DNA of 64,000 bases, from the sequence record MZ956761.1. The stretch is one strand, 5' to 3'. Position numbers and translations under genes: made by a program. This DNA is from a phage. The notes beneath the pieces were generated by a model. The model did not search any database. It had not been told where the DNA came from and saw only the letters and a list, made by a program, of their open reading frames with translations. Positions 1-9,679 of the stretch are shown here, in pieces (positions within the stretch are counted from its first letter, which is position 1; each line of letters opens with the position of its first letter).

Positions 1-1
1 C

Positions 2-415
2 GTTCTTTTCGTTACAGGTTGTTTGCATAAATGCGAAGGGTGTTATAATAAATCAACATGGAATGCTAGAAACGGTGTTCCATTCACTGGTGAAACGCTG
101 GAACAATTAATTGAATGTTTGAATAATGATTATATAGAAGGATTAACTATAACTGGAGGAGACCCTCTCTATCCTGATAACCGAGATGTTGTTCATTGCA
201 TTGTTCAAACAGTAAAAAATCTTTATCCCAATAAAAGCATTTGGTTGTGGACAGGATATAAGTTTGAAGATATTAAACAACTAGAAATGCTTAAATATGT
301 TGATGTTATTATTGATGGGAAGTATGAGAAAAATCTTCCGACTAAAAAGCTGTGGCGAGGATCAGATAATCAGCGACTTTGGTCAAATACCGATGGGGTG
401 TGGAAACATGATTAA
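2..415 (+). CDS. nrdG: anaerobic ribonucleotide reductase activating protein NrdG (5' end truncated by window edge)
   Basis: Open frame runs from window start; Cx3Cx2C radical-SAM motif (CLHKCEGC); T4 synteny upstream of nrdH and 55. Confidence 0.85.
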   Translation, partial: VLFVTGCLHKCEGCYNKSTWNARNGVPFTGETLEQLIECLNNDYIEGLTITGGDPLYPDNRDVVHCIVQTVKNLYPNKSIWLWTGYKFEDIKQLEMLKYVDVIIDGKYEKNLPTKKLWRGSDNQRLWSNTDGVWKHD

Positions 416-530
416 ATTGAATTATATTATGGACACTATAAATGATATGATTTTTCATTTTGGTCCAGAATTTTATTCGCAATATAGTTTAGTGCTTATC
501 AATGCTTGGTTAATCAATTAAGGGTAAAAT

Positions 531-743
531 ATGTATAAATTTCGCAAAGGTTTAGCTGATTTTCTTACAACTGTAACATTCTTTCTGTTTATGGCAGTTG
601 GAGCTATTTTCCTTATTCCTTTTATTGCTATATTTTTCGTGATTAGTTTGATTTCTCCAGAAAAAGGACTGTCTTCTAGCGAGTTCAATGAGCGTCTGGA
701 TAAAATTACTAATAAGCTGAATGCTGCTCTTAGTAAGGAATAG
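531..743 (+). CDS. hypothetical small membrane protein
   Basis: 70 aa ORF with ATG and upstream AGGG; hydrophobic core. Confidence 0.5.
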   Translation: MYKFRKGLADFLTTVTFFLFMAVGAIFLIPFIAIFFVISLISPEKGLSSSEFNERLDKITNKLNAALSKE

Positions 744-745
744 TT

Positions 746-1054
746 GTGAAACAAAACAAGATTGAAGTCTATGGAATTCCAGATGAAGTAGGTCGTTGTC
801 CTGGATGTCAATCAGTTACAAAACTTCTAAAGGAGCTCAATGCTCCTTTTACTTTCTATAAAGTTCTTACAAATAATGGTAAGATTGAGTATGATCGTCC
901 ACTGATTGTATCTCTTGCTAAACGCGCTGGATTCACATCTCTTAACATTCGTTATCCAGTCATTTTCATTAATGATTCTAGACAAAAGAACATTAAACAC
1001 TTCAAAGAAACTCTCATTTCACTCGGATATGATAGAGATATCATAGAAGACTAA
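746..1054 (+). CDS. nrdH: glutaredoxin-like protein NrdH
   Basis: 102 aa, GTG start after AAGGAA; CPGC redox motif; adjacent to nrdG. Confidence 0.8.
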   Translation: MKQNKIEVYGIPDEVGRCPGCQSVTKLLKELNAPFTFYKVLTNNGKIEYDRPLIVSLAKRAGFTSLNIRYPVIFINDSRQKNIKHFKETLISLGYDRDIIED

Positions 1055-1056
1055 GA

Positions 1057-1080
1057 CGGGCCCTCTGGGCCTTTCTTTCT
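1057..1080 (+). terminator. rho-independent terminator candidate
   Basis: GGCCC-TCT-GGGCC hairpin followed by TTTCTTTCT. Confidence 0.5.
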
Positions 1081-1149
1081 CACATTCTGTATATTACCAT
1101 TCTAAGCTATCGTTCCCTTCTTATCGTTCCCTAAAATAATTTTCACAAA

Positions 1150-1183
1150 GTTGTTTACAAGAAGTTCAAACTGTGGTATTATT
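1150..1183 (+). promoter_or_regulatory. T4 early promoter
   Basis: GTTTACA -35 (1153-1159), 17-nt spacer, extended -10 TGgTATTAT (1174-1182). Confidence 0.7.
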
Positions 1184-1212
1184 AACATATGAATTGCCTT
1201 TGAGGATTTGAT

Positions 1213-1389
1213 ATGGTTGATAAAGAGATTAAAAGGGATCAGTATTATCGTGTTAACGGACATATTGTTATTGTTACAGCAGTAGATGATCTAGATGTTC
1301 ATTATACTGTACTTAAATGGAATAAACAGATGATTTGCGATCGTGCTGTATTTAGTTCAGCTGCTAAGGAAATTAAACTCCATGGGTAA
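1213..1389 (+). CDS. hypothetical protein (58 aa)
   Basis: ATG ORF downstream of early promoter; below ORF-track size cutoff. Confidence 0.35.
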   Translation: MVDKEIKRDQYYRVNGHIVIVTAVDDLDVHYTVLKWNKQMICDRAVFSSAAKEIKLHG

Positions 1390-1675
1390 AACGTATCGTC
1401 GTAAAGACTTGAAAGTTCGTGATTATGACTATTTCGGAAAGCGTAAAGCTCCTGATGGTGTAAGTCATAAAGATATGGTTGAAAACATTTTTCGCTCAGA
1501 TAAATGGCGTAGAATGAAAGGCATTGATTCAGAAGTTAAAGATGAGCTAAATCGCCAATTACGTGGTGAAGTAAGAAAGTTGAAAAAATCAGTTTACATT
1601 GACGATGATTTTGATTACAATACTTCTCAACGAGTTGCTAAGCGTAAATCAAACGAGTGCTATCGTTACAGCTGA
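1382..1675 (+). CDS. hypothetical basic protein
   Basis: 97 aa from ATG 1382 (ATGGGTAA overlap with upstream ORF); Lys/Arg-rich. Confidence 0.45.
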   Translation: MGKTYRRKDLKVRDYDYFGKRKAPDGVSHKDMVENIFRSDKWRRMKGIDSEVKDELNRQLRGEVRKLKKSVYIDDDFDYNTSQRVAKRKSNECYRYS

Positions 1676-1682
1676 GGAAAAT

Positions 1683-1814
1683 ATGAATATCAAACGCATG
1701 CTTTTTAAACAAGGATTATACACTTTAAATGTTGCTCCAAAAGGCGATACGACTAAGTGGTCAGTAAATGACTGGATTAAATTTATTGATGAAAATGGTA
1801 ACTGGAAAATTTAA
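1683..1814 (+). CDS. hypothetical small protein (43 aa)
   Basis: ATG preceded by GAGGAAAAT. Confidence 0.3.
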   Translation: MNIKRMLFKQGLYTLNVAPKGDTTKWSVNDWIKFIDENGNWKI

Positions 1815-2015
1815 ATGAATCCTGAATCTAAATTATCGCAACGAATTGCTGAAGCTCGTCGTCAGTTCTTTGAAAATATGATAGCCCAAGGTATTGATGA
1901 CGAAGTTTTTCTAAACTGGTTTTGGAATCACAAATATTCAAGTTGCTCAGGAGCAATATTAATATCAGCTGCAATGATGTACGAAGGCTGGAAGGGTGCC
2001 AAACAGTTTAGCTAA
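1815..2015 (+). CDS. hypothetical protein
   Basis: 66 aa ORF, ATG start, followed by terminator hairpin. Confidence 0.45.
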   Translation: MNPESKLSQRIAEARRQFFENMIAQGIDDEVFLNWFWNHKYSSCSGAILISAAMMYEGWKGAKQFS

Positions 2016-2033
2016 GGGCTTCGGCCCTTTTTG
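2015..2033 (+). terminator. rho-independent terminator
   Basis: AGGGC-TTCG-GCCCT hairpin + TTTTT. Confidence 0.75.
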
Positions 2034-2067
2034 GATAATAAAATTTTAACGCAATTGAGGATAATGT

Positions 2068-2394
2068 ATGACTATTCAAATTAAAAACGCCATCAATTCT
2101 TATGCATATGATAAAGTAGTCTCTTTGCTAGAAAAAGGCAATATTGTAACTCCTCAAATTTTGGATAAATGGGAAAAAGAGCTTCATCAGACGATGAAAC
2201 AGAATGATCAGAAAATTGGGCGCAATACTGTCCGCGAATTGTTAGTTCAATATATCTTGTCAGAATTTGATGTTAAAGCTTTTGGTGTAGAATCTAAAGC
2301 TTATCAAAAGCATGAAATTTCCGATAAAACTATTCGTCGCATGAAAAATCAACGCAAGAAAAAATTTGCTGACCTGAAAATTGCTAAGGTATGA
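2068..2394 (+). CDS. hypothetical protein
   Basis: 108 aa ORF, ATG after GAGGATAA. Confidence 0.5.
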   Translation: MTIQIKNAINSYAYDKVVSLLEKGNIVTPQILDKWEKELHQTMKQNDQKIGRNTVRELLVQYILSEFDVKAFGVESKAYQKHEISDKTIRRMKNQRKKKFADLKIAKV

Positions 2395-2612
2395 ATATGA
2401 ACGAAGCTCTTATTAACGATTTACGTCTTGCCGGATATGAAGTAAATACAAATAGCATTGGTTTAACTCAAATTGAAGGAAATGGATTCATCCTTGAGTA
2501 TGAATTTAGCCAATGGTGGTTATACGCTAATTATGGCGAATTGATTGAATACGTTGACCAGTTTGATTCACTAGATGCAGCTCTTGAAGCGGCTAAGTTG
2601 ATGAATGCATGA
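2391..2612 (+). CDS. hypothetical protein
   Basis: 73 aa, ATGA start/stop overlap with upstream ORF. Confidence 0.5.
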   Translation: MNMNEALINDLRLAGYEVNTNSIGLTQIEGNGFILEYEFSQWWLYANYGELIEYVDQFDSLDAALEAAKLMNA

Positions 2613-2878
2613 AATTTATTAATATTTCTATTACTATTGAAAATTATGGCATTTTCTATGTTGATCAATACATGAAAATTTCATTTTTCCCAAATAAGAC
2701 TGGTGTTGGATATTGGGAAAGCCATGTTTCTGAATTAAATGAAAGTGAATATGCTAGCACACATGAAAAGTTTTTAGACTTTTTATATCATGCTGATTTA
2801 ACTAGTCATTATATAGATATTCATGAATTTAAAAAGATGATGGAGAAAGTGTTCCAAGCATACTGCTTACTTAGATAA
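2609..2878 (+). CDS. hypothetical protein
   Basis: 89 aa, ATGA overlap coupling. Confidence 0.5.
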   Translation: MKFINISITIENYGIFYVDQYMKISFFPNKTGVGYWESHVSELNESEYASTHEKFLDFLYHADLTSHYIDIHEFKKMMEKVFQAYCLLR

Positions 2879-2956
2879 CTAATATCCTCTATGCTTTAAG
2901 ATAGATCTTCAAATATTATGATATAATAGATCTATGAATTGAGCTAAGAGGTGAAA

Positions 2957-3514
2957 ATGTCAGAAACTAAGCCTAAATATAATTACGTAAACAATAAAGA
3001 GCTTTTACAAGCTATTATTGATTGGAAAACAGAATTAGCAAATAATAAAGACCCAAATAAAGTAGTTCGTCAGAATGATACTATCGGATTAGCCATTATG
3101 CTTATTGCAGAAGGCTTATCTAAACGTTTCAACTTTTCAGGATACACCCAATCCTGGAAACAAGAAATGATTGCAGATGGTATAGAAGCTTCTATTAAGG
3201 GGCTTCATAATTTTGATGAAACGAAATATAAAAACCCACATGCATATATAACTCAAGCTTGTTTTAATGCATTCGTCCAACGTATTAAAAAAGAACGTAA
3301 GGAAGTTGCAAAGAAATACAGTTACTTCGTTCACAATGTCTATGACAGTCGTGACGACGATATGGTTGCGTTAGTAGATGAAACTTTTATTCAAGACATC
3401 TACGATAAAATGACGCATTACGAAGAATCAACCTATAGAACACCGGGGGCTGAAAAGAAAAGTGTTGTAGACGATTCTCCTAGTTTGGATTTTTTATATG
3501 AGGCTAACGATTAA
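2957..3514 (+). CDS. 55: late-transcription sigma factor gp55
   Basis: 185 aa from ATG 2957; matches recalled T4 gp55 ([23 protein letters not shown]...). Confidence 0.95.
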
Positions 3515-3716
3515 CCTCTCCGGATTCTTGGAAGAAATACCTGAAGTTGAAGCTATTCCCTATTTACTTAAAATGTATCTCAGGGAAGTTTTAGCTCTTG
3601 ACATTGATATTGATCCAGAAAATCCGTATGATACCGCTTTTAAATCTAATGGTGTAGAATTAAACTATCGGTATCATTTAACAGATGATGATTTTTATTT
3701 TATATTAGAGAAATAA
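3498..3716 (+). CDS. hypothetical protein
   Basis: 72 aa ORF overlapping gene 55 3' end. Confidence 0.45.
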
Positions 3717-3717
3717 T

Positions 3718-4035
3718 ATGACTGATAAACCCGAAATTAATGATGAAGTGGAAAAGCTTATTTCTTCTATTGAAGAAAAGAACCGTCTTGAAGCAGAAAG
3801 AAAAGCAAATAAGTTATTGTCTAAAAACAAACGCGAACTGAACCGTCTTTATAAGCACGCTCAGATTGCAGCTGAAAACAATAATTTTGCTCAATACGAA
3901 TATGCTATCAAGAAAAGTCGGGATATTCTAAAACAGCCATATAACGATGAACTCATTAGTATTCTTTGGAAGACTACTAGATCGCAGATTGAGGATATGA
4001 TTGATGCTTACACATGTAAAATTCAAGCGTCTTAA
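3718..4035 (+). CDS. hypothetical protein
   Basis: 105 aa, ATG after GAGAAATAAT. Confidence 0.5.
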   Translation: MTDKPEINDEVEKLISSIEEKNRLEAERKANKLLSKNKRELNRLYKHAQIAAENNNFAQYEYAIKKSRDILKQPYNDELISILWKTTRSQIEDMIDAYTCKIQAS

Positions 4036-4207
4036 AATTAATGCAGGATTTACTGAATCTTTGAATGGTCATCTTTGTGTGAAAATTTCTGAAAAAGAAT
4101 ACCATGATAGTTCAATTAAAGAAGTTAATCCTCCTATTGTAAGAGCAGACCCTAATATGAAAGTGTGGGTTGATTCTTATCAAGTCAAAAAATGGTGGCA
4201 ACTGTGA
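4004..4207 (+). CDS. hypothetical protein
   Basis: about 67 aa ORF, first ATG in frame. Confidence 0.4.
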   Translation: MLTHVKFKRLKINAGFTESLNGHLCVKISEKEYHDSSIKEVNPPIVRADPNMKVWVDSYQVKKWWQL

Positions 4208-4210
4208 AAG

Positions 4211-4384
4211 ATGAACGCCCAGACTTGTGAAATAGATTATAATAAAATTCGTTCCTCTAAAGTAGAAATGATGAGGCGCTTTAAAGAGTCTCATGATAAA
4301 GCTAAAGCAGAAGGAACTATAACATATAAGCGCATAAAATTTAGAAGCTCTAATGAGCCTCTGTATGGTGTATTATGCGGATAG
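4211..4384 (+). CDS. hypothetical protein (57 aa)
   Basis: ATG ORF ending at GGAGC-TTCG-GCTCC hairpin. Confidence 0.3.
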   Translation: MNAQTCEIDYNKIRSSKVEMMRRFKESHDKAKAEGTITYKRIKFRSSNEPLYGVLCG

Positions 4385-4450
4385 GAGCTTCGGCTCCTAT
4401 ATTGCTTTATAAATTTTTGGTAAAATAAACCAAAACAATGAGGATATTAA

Positions 4451-5653
4451 ATGAAAGTATGCATTTTTATGGCTCGAGGTCTTGAAGGTTGTGGTGTAAC
4501 TAAATTTTCTCTTGAGCAACGTGATTGGTTTATTAAAAATGGTCATGAAGTAACTTTGGTTTATGCTAAAGATAAATCATTTACTCGTAACTGCGCGCAC
4601 GATTATAAATCATTTTCAATTCCGGTTTTATTGGCAAAAGAATACGATAAAACACTTAAGCTGGTAAATGATTGTGATATTCTAATTATCAATTCAGTTC
4701 CTGCTACTTCAGTTGAAGAAGACACTATTAATAACTATAAAAAAATTATTGATAACATTAAACCTTCGGTTCGTGTTGTAGTTTATCAACATGACCATTC
4801 TTCTCTTTCTTTGCGACGAAATTTGGGATTAGAAGAAACTGTTCGTCGAGCTGATGTTATTTTTAGCCATTCTGATAATGGTGATTTTAATAAAGTTCTG
4901 ATGAAAGAATGGTATCCAGAAACTGTTTCTCTGTTTGATGATATTGAAGAAGCGCCGACAGTATATAACTTTCAGCCTCCTATGGATATTGCGAAGGTTC
5001 GGTCAACCTACTGGAAAGATGTTTCTGAAATTAACATGAATGTCAACCGTTGGATTGGTCGTACGACTACATGGAAGGGTTTTTATCAGATGTTTGATTT
5101 TCACGAAAAACATCTTAAACCTGCAGGACTAAGTACTATTATGGAAGGTCTGGAACGTTCTCCAGCATTCATTCCTATTAAAGAAAAAGGAATTCCATAC
5201 GAGTATTATCGTCTTCATCAAGTAGACCAAATTAAAATTGCTCCTAATTTGCCAACGCAAATTCTTGACCGTTATGTAAATAGCGAAATGCTTGAGCGTA
5301 TGAGTAAATCCGGATTTGGTTATCAGTTGAGTAAGTTGGATAAAAAATATCTACAACGTTCTTTAGAATATACTCATCTCGAGCTTGGTGCATGTGGAAC
5401 AATTCCGGTATTTTGGAAATCTACTGGCGAAAATTTAAAATTCCGTGTTGATAATACTCCTTTGACCTCACATGATAGCGGTATCATTTGGTTTGATGAA
5501 AATGATATGGAATCAACATTCGAGCGTATTAAAGAACTGTCATCTGACCGAGCTCTTTATGACCGTGAGCGAGAAAAAGCGTATGAATTTTTGTATCAGC
5601 ATCAAGATTCAAGCTTCTGCTTTAAAGAACAGTTTGACATTATTACAAAATAA
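4451..5653 (+). CDS. agt: DNA alpha-glucosyltransferase
   Basis: 400 aa; N-terminus matches recalled T4 alpha-gt; strong SD GAGGA. Confidence 0.92.
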   Translation: MKVCIFMARGLEGCGVTKFSLEQRDWFIKNGHEVTLVYAKDKSFTRNCAHDYKSFSIPVLLAKEYDKTLKLVNDCDILIINSVPATSVEEDTINNYKKIIDNIKPSVRVVVYQHDHSSLSLRRNLGLEETVRRADVIFSHSDNGDFNKVLMKEWYPETVSLFDDIEEAPTVYNFQPPMDIAKVRSTYWKDVSEINMNVNRWIGRTTTWKGFYQMFDFHEKHLKPAGLSTIMEGLERSPAFIPIKEKGIPYEYYRLHQVDQIKIAPNLPTQILDRYVNSEMLERMSKSGFGYQLSKLDKKYLQRSLEYTHLELGACGTIPVFWKSTGENLKFRVDNTPLTSHDSGIIWFDENDMESTFERIKELSSDRALYDREREKAYEFLYQHQDSSFCFKEQFDIITK

Positions 5654-5676
5654 AGGGCTTCGGCCCTTTAGCTTTA
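5653..5676 (+). terminator. rho-independent terminator candidate
   Basis: AAGGGC-TTCG-GCCCTT hairpin then T-rich. Confidence 0.6.
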
Positions 5677-5692
5677 TACGGAGTTTGATATA

Positions 5693-5833
5693 ATGATATT
5701 TCTTGGATATGTGATACTTTTTCTAGCGTTTTATCTATTCGCCAGAGCATGTTGGATTGGGTTCTTTAGCACTCCAGATGGATTTATTTCAATAATTTTA
5801 TTTTGCATTTCAATGACGGTTCTTGATATATGA
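5693..5833 (+). CDS. hypothetical small hydrophobic protein (46 aa)
   Basis: ATG after GGAG; stop overlaps gene 47 ATG. Confidence 0.35.
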   Translation: MIFLGYVILFLAFYLFARACWIGFFSTPDGFISIILFCISMTVLDI

Positions 5834-6849
5834 AAATTTTAAATTTAGGTGATTGGCATTTAGGTGTTAAAGCCGATGATGAGTGGGTTCAATCTATTCA
5901 GCTGGATGGAATTAAACAAGCAATAGAATATTCTAAGAAAAACGGAATTACTACATGGATTCAATACGGCGATATTTTTGATGTGCGAAAAGCAATCACG
6001 CATAAAACTATGGAGTTCGCTCGTGAAATAGTTCAAATGCTTGATGATGCTGGTATTACCCTACATACTGTTGTAGGAAACCATGATATGCACTTTAAAA
6101 ATACTTTAACTCCAAATGCTTCTACTGAGCTTTTGGCTAAATATCCTAATGTTAAAGTATATGATAAGCCTACTACAGTAGATTTTGACGGATGTTTAAT
6201 TGATTTAATTCCTTGGATGTGTGAAGAAAATACTGGTGAAATTCTTGAACACATCAAAACTTCATCTGCTTCTTTTTGCGTTGGTCACTGGGAACTGAAT
6301 GGATTTTATTTTTATAAAGGAATGAAATCTCACGGTCTTGAACCTGATTTCCTTAAGACTTATAAGGAAGTGTGGTCTGGTCACTTCCATACTATCTCTG
6401 AGGCTGCTAACGTCAGATATATTGGGACACCATGGACACTAACTGCAGGTGACGAGAATGACCCTCGTGGGTTCTGGATGTTTGATACAGAAACAGAACG
6501 AATGGAATTTATTCCAAACAACACCACCTGGCATCGTCGAATTCAATATCCATTTAAGGGAAAAATTGACTATAAAGATTTTACAAATCTATCAGTACGT
6601 GTTATAGTAACTGAGGTAGACAAAAATCTAACGAAGTTCGAATCTGAACTAGAAAAAGTTGTGCATTCATTACGAGTTGTGTCAAAGATTGATAACTCTG
6701 TCGAGTCAGATGATAGTGAAGAAGTTGAAGTTCAATCTCTTCAGACATTGATGGAAGAATACATTAATGCAATTCCAGACATCACTGATTCTGATCGCGA
6801 AGCACTTATTCAATATGCAAATCAGTTATATGTAGAGGCAACACAATGA
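5830..6849 (+). CDS. 47: recombination endonuclease subunit gp47 (Mre11-like)
   Basis: 339 aa; phosphoesterase motifs (GDWHLG, GNHD); T4 synteny. Confidence 0.93.
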   Translation: MKILNLGDWHLGVKADDEWVQSIQLDGIKQAIEYSKKNGITTWIQYGDIFDVRKAITHKTMEFAREIVQMLDDAGITLHTVVGNHDMHFKNTLTPNASTELLAKYPNVKVYDKPTTVDFDGCLIDLIPWMCEENTGEILEHIKTSSASFCVGHWELNGFYFYKGMKSHGLEPDFLKTYKEVWSGHFHTISEAANVRYIGTPWTLTAGDENDPRGFWMFDTETERMEFIPNNTTWHRRIQYPFKGKIDYKDFTNLSVRVIVTEVDKNLTKFESELEKVVHSLRVVSKIDNSVESDDSEEVEVQSLQTLMEEYINAIPDITDSDREALIQYANQLYVEATQ

Positions 6850-7109
6850 CTTTTGATGAATTTAAAAATGTTATGATGAGTCAGCATTTTGAATGCGAAG
6901 TAAAAGATGATATTGGGCATAAAGAAATTATTGAATATTGGTTTGAACCGCTAGAGGTTGAAGATAATTGTATTAAAAAGGTTACGGTCTGCACTGACTG
7001 GGCTGTATCTTTTAACTTCAACATTTTAGATAATGATACACCTAAATCATTACAAGATATGGCTGTATCTTGTATTAAGGATGCATACTGTGAAGTTTTC
7101 GACATTTGA
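6846..7109 (+). CDS. hypothetical protein
   Basis: 87 aa, ATGA overlap with gene 47 stop. Confidence 0.5.
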   Translation: MTFDEFKNVMMSQHFECEVKDDIGHKEIIEYWFEPLEVEDNCIKKVTVCTDWAVSFNFNILDNDTPKSLQDMAVSCIKDAYCEVFDI

Positions 7110-7296
7110 CATTAATGATGAATTCATAGCAAATATTGATTACACCGAAGAAGATTCTAGATATGTTGGAATAATTTATATCACATCAAAAGCAGCACAA
7201 GGCGTTGTTTGCATGGCTGAATTTGATGAATACTTTTTAGATTATGATGATATGATAGAATGGTCTAAAAGATACATTAAAAGGAATCTTTTGTGA
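7081..7296 (+). CDS. hypothetical protein (start uncertain)
   Basis: ORF ends in overlap with gene 46 start; start codon ambiguous. Confidence 0.3.
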   Translation: MHTVKFSTFDINDEFIANIDYTEEDSRYVGIIYITSKAAQGVVCMAEFDEYFLDYDDMIEWSKRYIKRNLL

Positions 7297-8981
7297 AGAA
7301 TTTTAAACTAAACCGAGTTAGGTATCAAAATATAATGTCAGTAGGTGGAAATCCTATTGACATTCAACTAGATAAGGTTCAAAAAACTCTTATTACTGGA
7401 CGAAATGGCGGTGGTAAGTCTACTATGTTAGAAGCCATCACATTTGGGCTTTTTGGCAAGCCATTTCGTGATGTAAAGAAAGGTCAATTAATAAACAGCA
7501 CAAATAAGAAAGAACTTTTAGTTGAACTGTGGATGGAATATGATGAGAAAAAGTACTATATCAAAAGAGGACAAAAACCAAACGTTTTCGAAATCACCGT
7601 TAACGGTACACGTCTTAATGAATCTGCCAGCAGTAAAGATTTCCAAGCAGAATTTGAACAGCTTATCGGAATGTCATATGCCAGTTTCAAGCAGATTGTT
7701 GTCCTTGGTACAGCAGGGTATACCCCTTTCATGGGTTTGTCGACCCCTGCACGAAGAAAGCTTGTGGAAGACCTGCTCGAGGTAGGAACATTAGCTGAAA
7801 TGGATAAGCTTAATAAAGCACTAATACGTGAATTAAATTCACAAAACCAAGTGCTTGATGTTAAAAAAGATAGTATTATCCAACAAATTAAAATATATAA
7901 TGATAACGTTGAACGCCAGAAAAAATTAACTGGTGATAACCTTACTCGTCTACAGAATATGTATGATGATTTGGCAAAAGAAGCTAGAACGTTAAAATCG
8001 GAAATAGAAGAAGCTAATGAAAGATTAGTTAATATTGTTTTGGATGAAGACCCGACTGATGCATTTAATAAAATCGGTCAAGAAGCATTTTTAATTAAAT
8101 CAAAAATTGACTCGTATAATAAAGTCATTAATATGTATCACGAAGGTGGATTATGTCCAACCTGTTTGTCACAATTAAGTTCCGGTGATAAAGTTGTTTC
8201 TAAAATTAAAGATAAAGTTTCTGAATGCACGCATTCGTTTGAACAGCTTTCAACNCNNCNNGNNNNNNNNNNAGTATNTCGTTNNTNANTNNNGNGATNN
8301 TNNNAANNNCNANNNGTNNGTTGCTTGCNNNTNNTNTGTNNCNNTNNAAANCANTNNNTNNNCACGACTGTAGATAAAGCTAAAANAGTTAAAGCAGCTA
8401 TAGAANAAGCATCATCTGAGTTTATTGNCCATGCTGATNAAATNGCNCTGCTTNAAGANGAACTTGATAAAATTGTTAAGNCAAANACTAATTTNNTAAT
8501 GGAAAAATNCCACNGAGGAATTTTGACTGATATGCTCAAAGATTCTGGTATTAANGGTGCTATTATTAAAAAGTACATTCCATTATTTAATAAGCAGATT
8601 AACCATTATCTTAAAATAATGGAAGCGGATTATGTGTTTACATTAGATGAAGAATTTAATGAGACAATTAAATCCCGTGGTCGTGAAGATTTTAGTTATG
8701 CTTCATTCAGTCAAGGCGAAAAAGCACGAATTGATATTGCTCTTCTATTTACTTGGCGTGATATTGCTGAAAAAGTTTCAGGTGTTAAAATAAACACACT
8801 AATTCTCGATGAAGTTTTTGATTCAGCAACTGATGTTGAAGGTGTAAAAGCTATTTCAACTATTTTAGATAGTTTAAAAAATACTAATGTTTTTGTTATT
8901 TCACATAGAGACCACGACCCGCAAGCATATGGTCAGCATCTTCAAATGAAGAAAGTTGGTCGATTTACTGTAATGGTTTAA
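7293..8981 (+). CDS. 46: recombination endonuclease subunit gp46 (Rad50-like ATPase); internal tract of ambiguous bases
   Basis: 562 codons, GTG start; Walker A GRNGGGKST; N-containing tract 8255-8540 gives X residues but frame stays open. Confidence 0.9.
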   Translation: MKNFKLNRVRYQNIMSVGGNPIDIQLDKVQKTLITGRNGGGKSTMLEAITFGLFGKPFRDVKKGQLINSTNKKELLVELWMEYDEKKYYIKRGQKPNVFEITVNGTRLNESASSKDFQAEFEQLIGMSYASFKQIVVLGTAGYTPFMGLSTPARRKLVEDLLEVGTLAEMDKLNKALIRELNSQNQVLDVKKDSIIQQIKIYNDNVERQKKLTGDNLTRLQNMYDDLAKEARTLKSEIEEANERLVNIVLDEDPTDAFNKIGQEAFLIKSKIDSYNKVINMYHEGGLCPTCLSQLSSGDKVVSKIKDKVSECTHSFEQLSXXXXXXXVXRXXXXXXXXXXXXXCLXXXCXXXXXXXXTTVDKAKXVKAAIEXASSEFIXHADXXXLLXXELDKIVKXXTNXXMEKXHXGILTDMLKDSGIXGAIIKKYIPLFNKQINHYLKIMEADYVFTLDEEFNETIKSRGREDFSYASFSQGEKARIDIALLFTWRDIAEKVSGVKINTLILDEVFDSATDVEGVKAISTILDSLKNTNVFVISHRDHDPQAYGQHLQMKKVGRFTVMV

Positions 8982-9036
8982 TTTATAAGAGATTATGCTT
9001 TAATTTATTAGAGTATAATCTCTATGGAGGAAAAAC

Positions 9037-9225
9037 ATGGAATATTCAACTGGACAGCATCTATTAACTATTCCTGAAATAAAACGATATATTCTGAGAA
9101 ATAATTTTTCTAATGAAGAGCATATAGTTACTGAATCTATGCTTAAGAATGCATTTAAAGCAGAATATACAAAAATAATGTCCAATAGAAATGAAGCTTG
9201 GACTGTTACTGATTATTATGACTAA
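9037..9225 (+). CDS. hypothetical protein
   Basis: 62 aa, ATG after GGAGGAAAAAC. Confidence 0.55.
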   Translation: MEYSTGQHLLTIPEIKRYILRNNFSNEEHIVTESMLKNAFKAEYTKIMSNRNEAWTVTDYYD

Positions 9226-9234
9226 AGGTGTATT

Positions 9235-9624
9235 ATGACTAAAATTACTGTGAATTATACTGTTGATGTAAAAGATATTCAGCCAAAACACGTGCGTTCT
9301 GAATCAAATCCACAAAACCAAAATAAAATTCGTCGAGCATGGGTTTTGTCTCTTTCTGATAACGCGATGGAAGTTATTCAGAGCAAAATTAAATCTGCAC
9401 CTGCTCGTCATGCGTATTATGAAGCTATCGATCGTGAAGTAAGTAATAAATGGATTGAACTAATGCGCAAACATACGACAGAATCTTTAAATGCTGGTGC
9501 TAAATTTATTATGACTTCATGCGGTGAACGCCTTGAAGACGATTATTGTGGTAATGCAGATGAACGCCTAATTGTTGCTGCTCAAATTGTTGCGGAAACA
9601 ATTGCTGCCGATTTTAATCGTTAA
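9235..9624 (+). CDS. rpbA: RNA polymerase-binding protein RpbA
   Basis: 129 aa, position between 46 and 45 as in T4. Confidence 0.8.
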   Translation: MTKITVNYTVDVKDIQPKHVRSESNPQNQNKIRRAWVLSLSDNAMEVIQSKIKSAPARHAYYEAIDREVSNKWIELMRKHTTESLNAGAKFIMTSCGERLEDDYCGNADERLIVAAQIVAETIAADFNR

Positions 9625-9625
9625 T

Positions 9626-9648
9626 TGCTTTATTAAATTAGTTATAAA
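9626..9648 (+). promoter_or_regulatory. candidate MotA-dependent middle promoter for gene 45
   Basis: MotA-box-like TTGCTTTA (9625-9632), 12-nt spacer, TATAAA (9643-9648). Confidence 0.4.
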
Positions 9649-9679
9649 ATTAAATCTCATTTGAATTGAAGGAAATTAC

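Noticed and set aside
297-521. 74-aa plus-strand ORF overlapping the 3' end of nrdG in another frame
   Set aside because: It overlaps a well-supported gene, has no SD, and looks like an AT-rich chance frame; only a 30-codon piece lies in the intergenic space.
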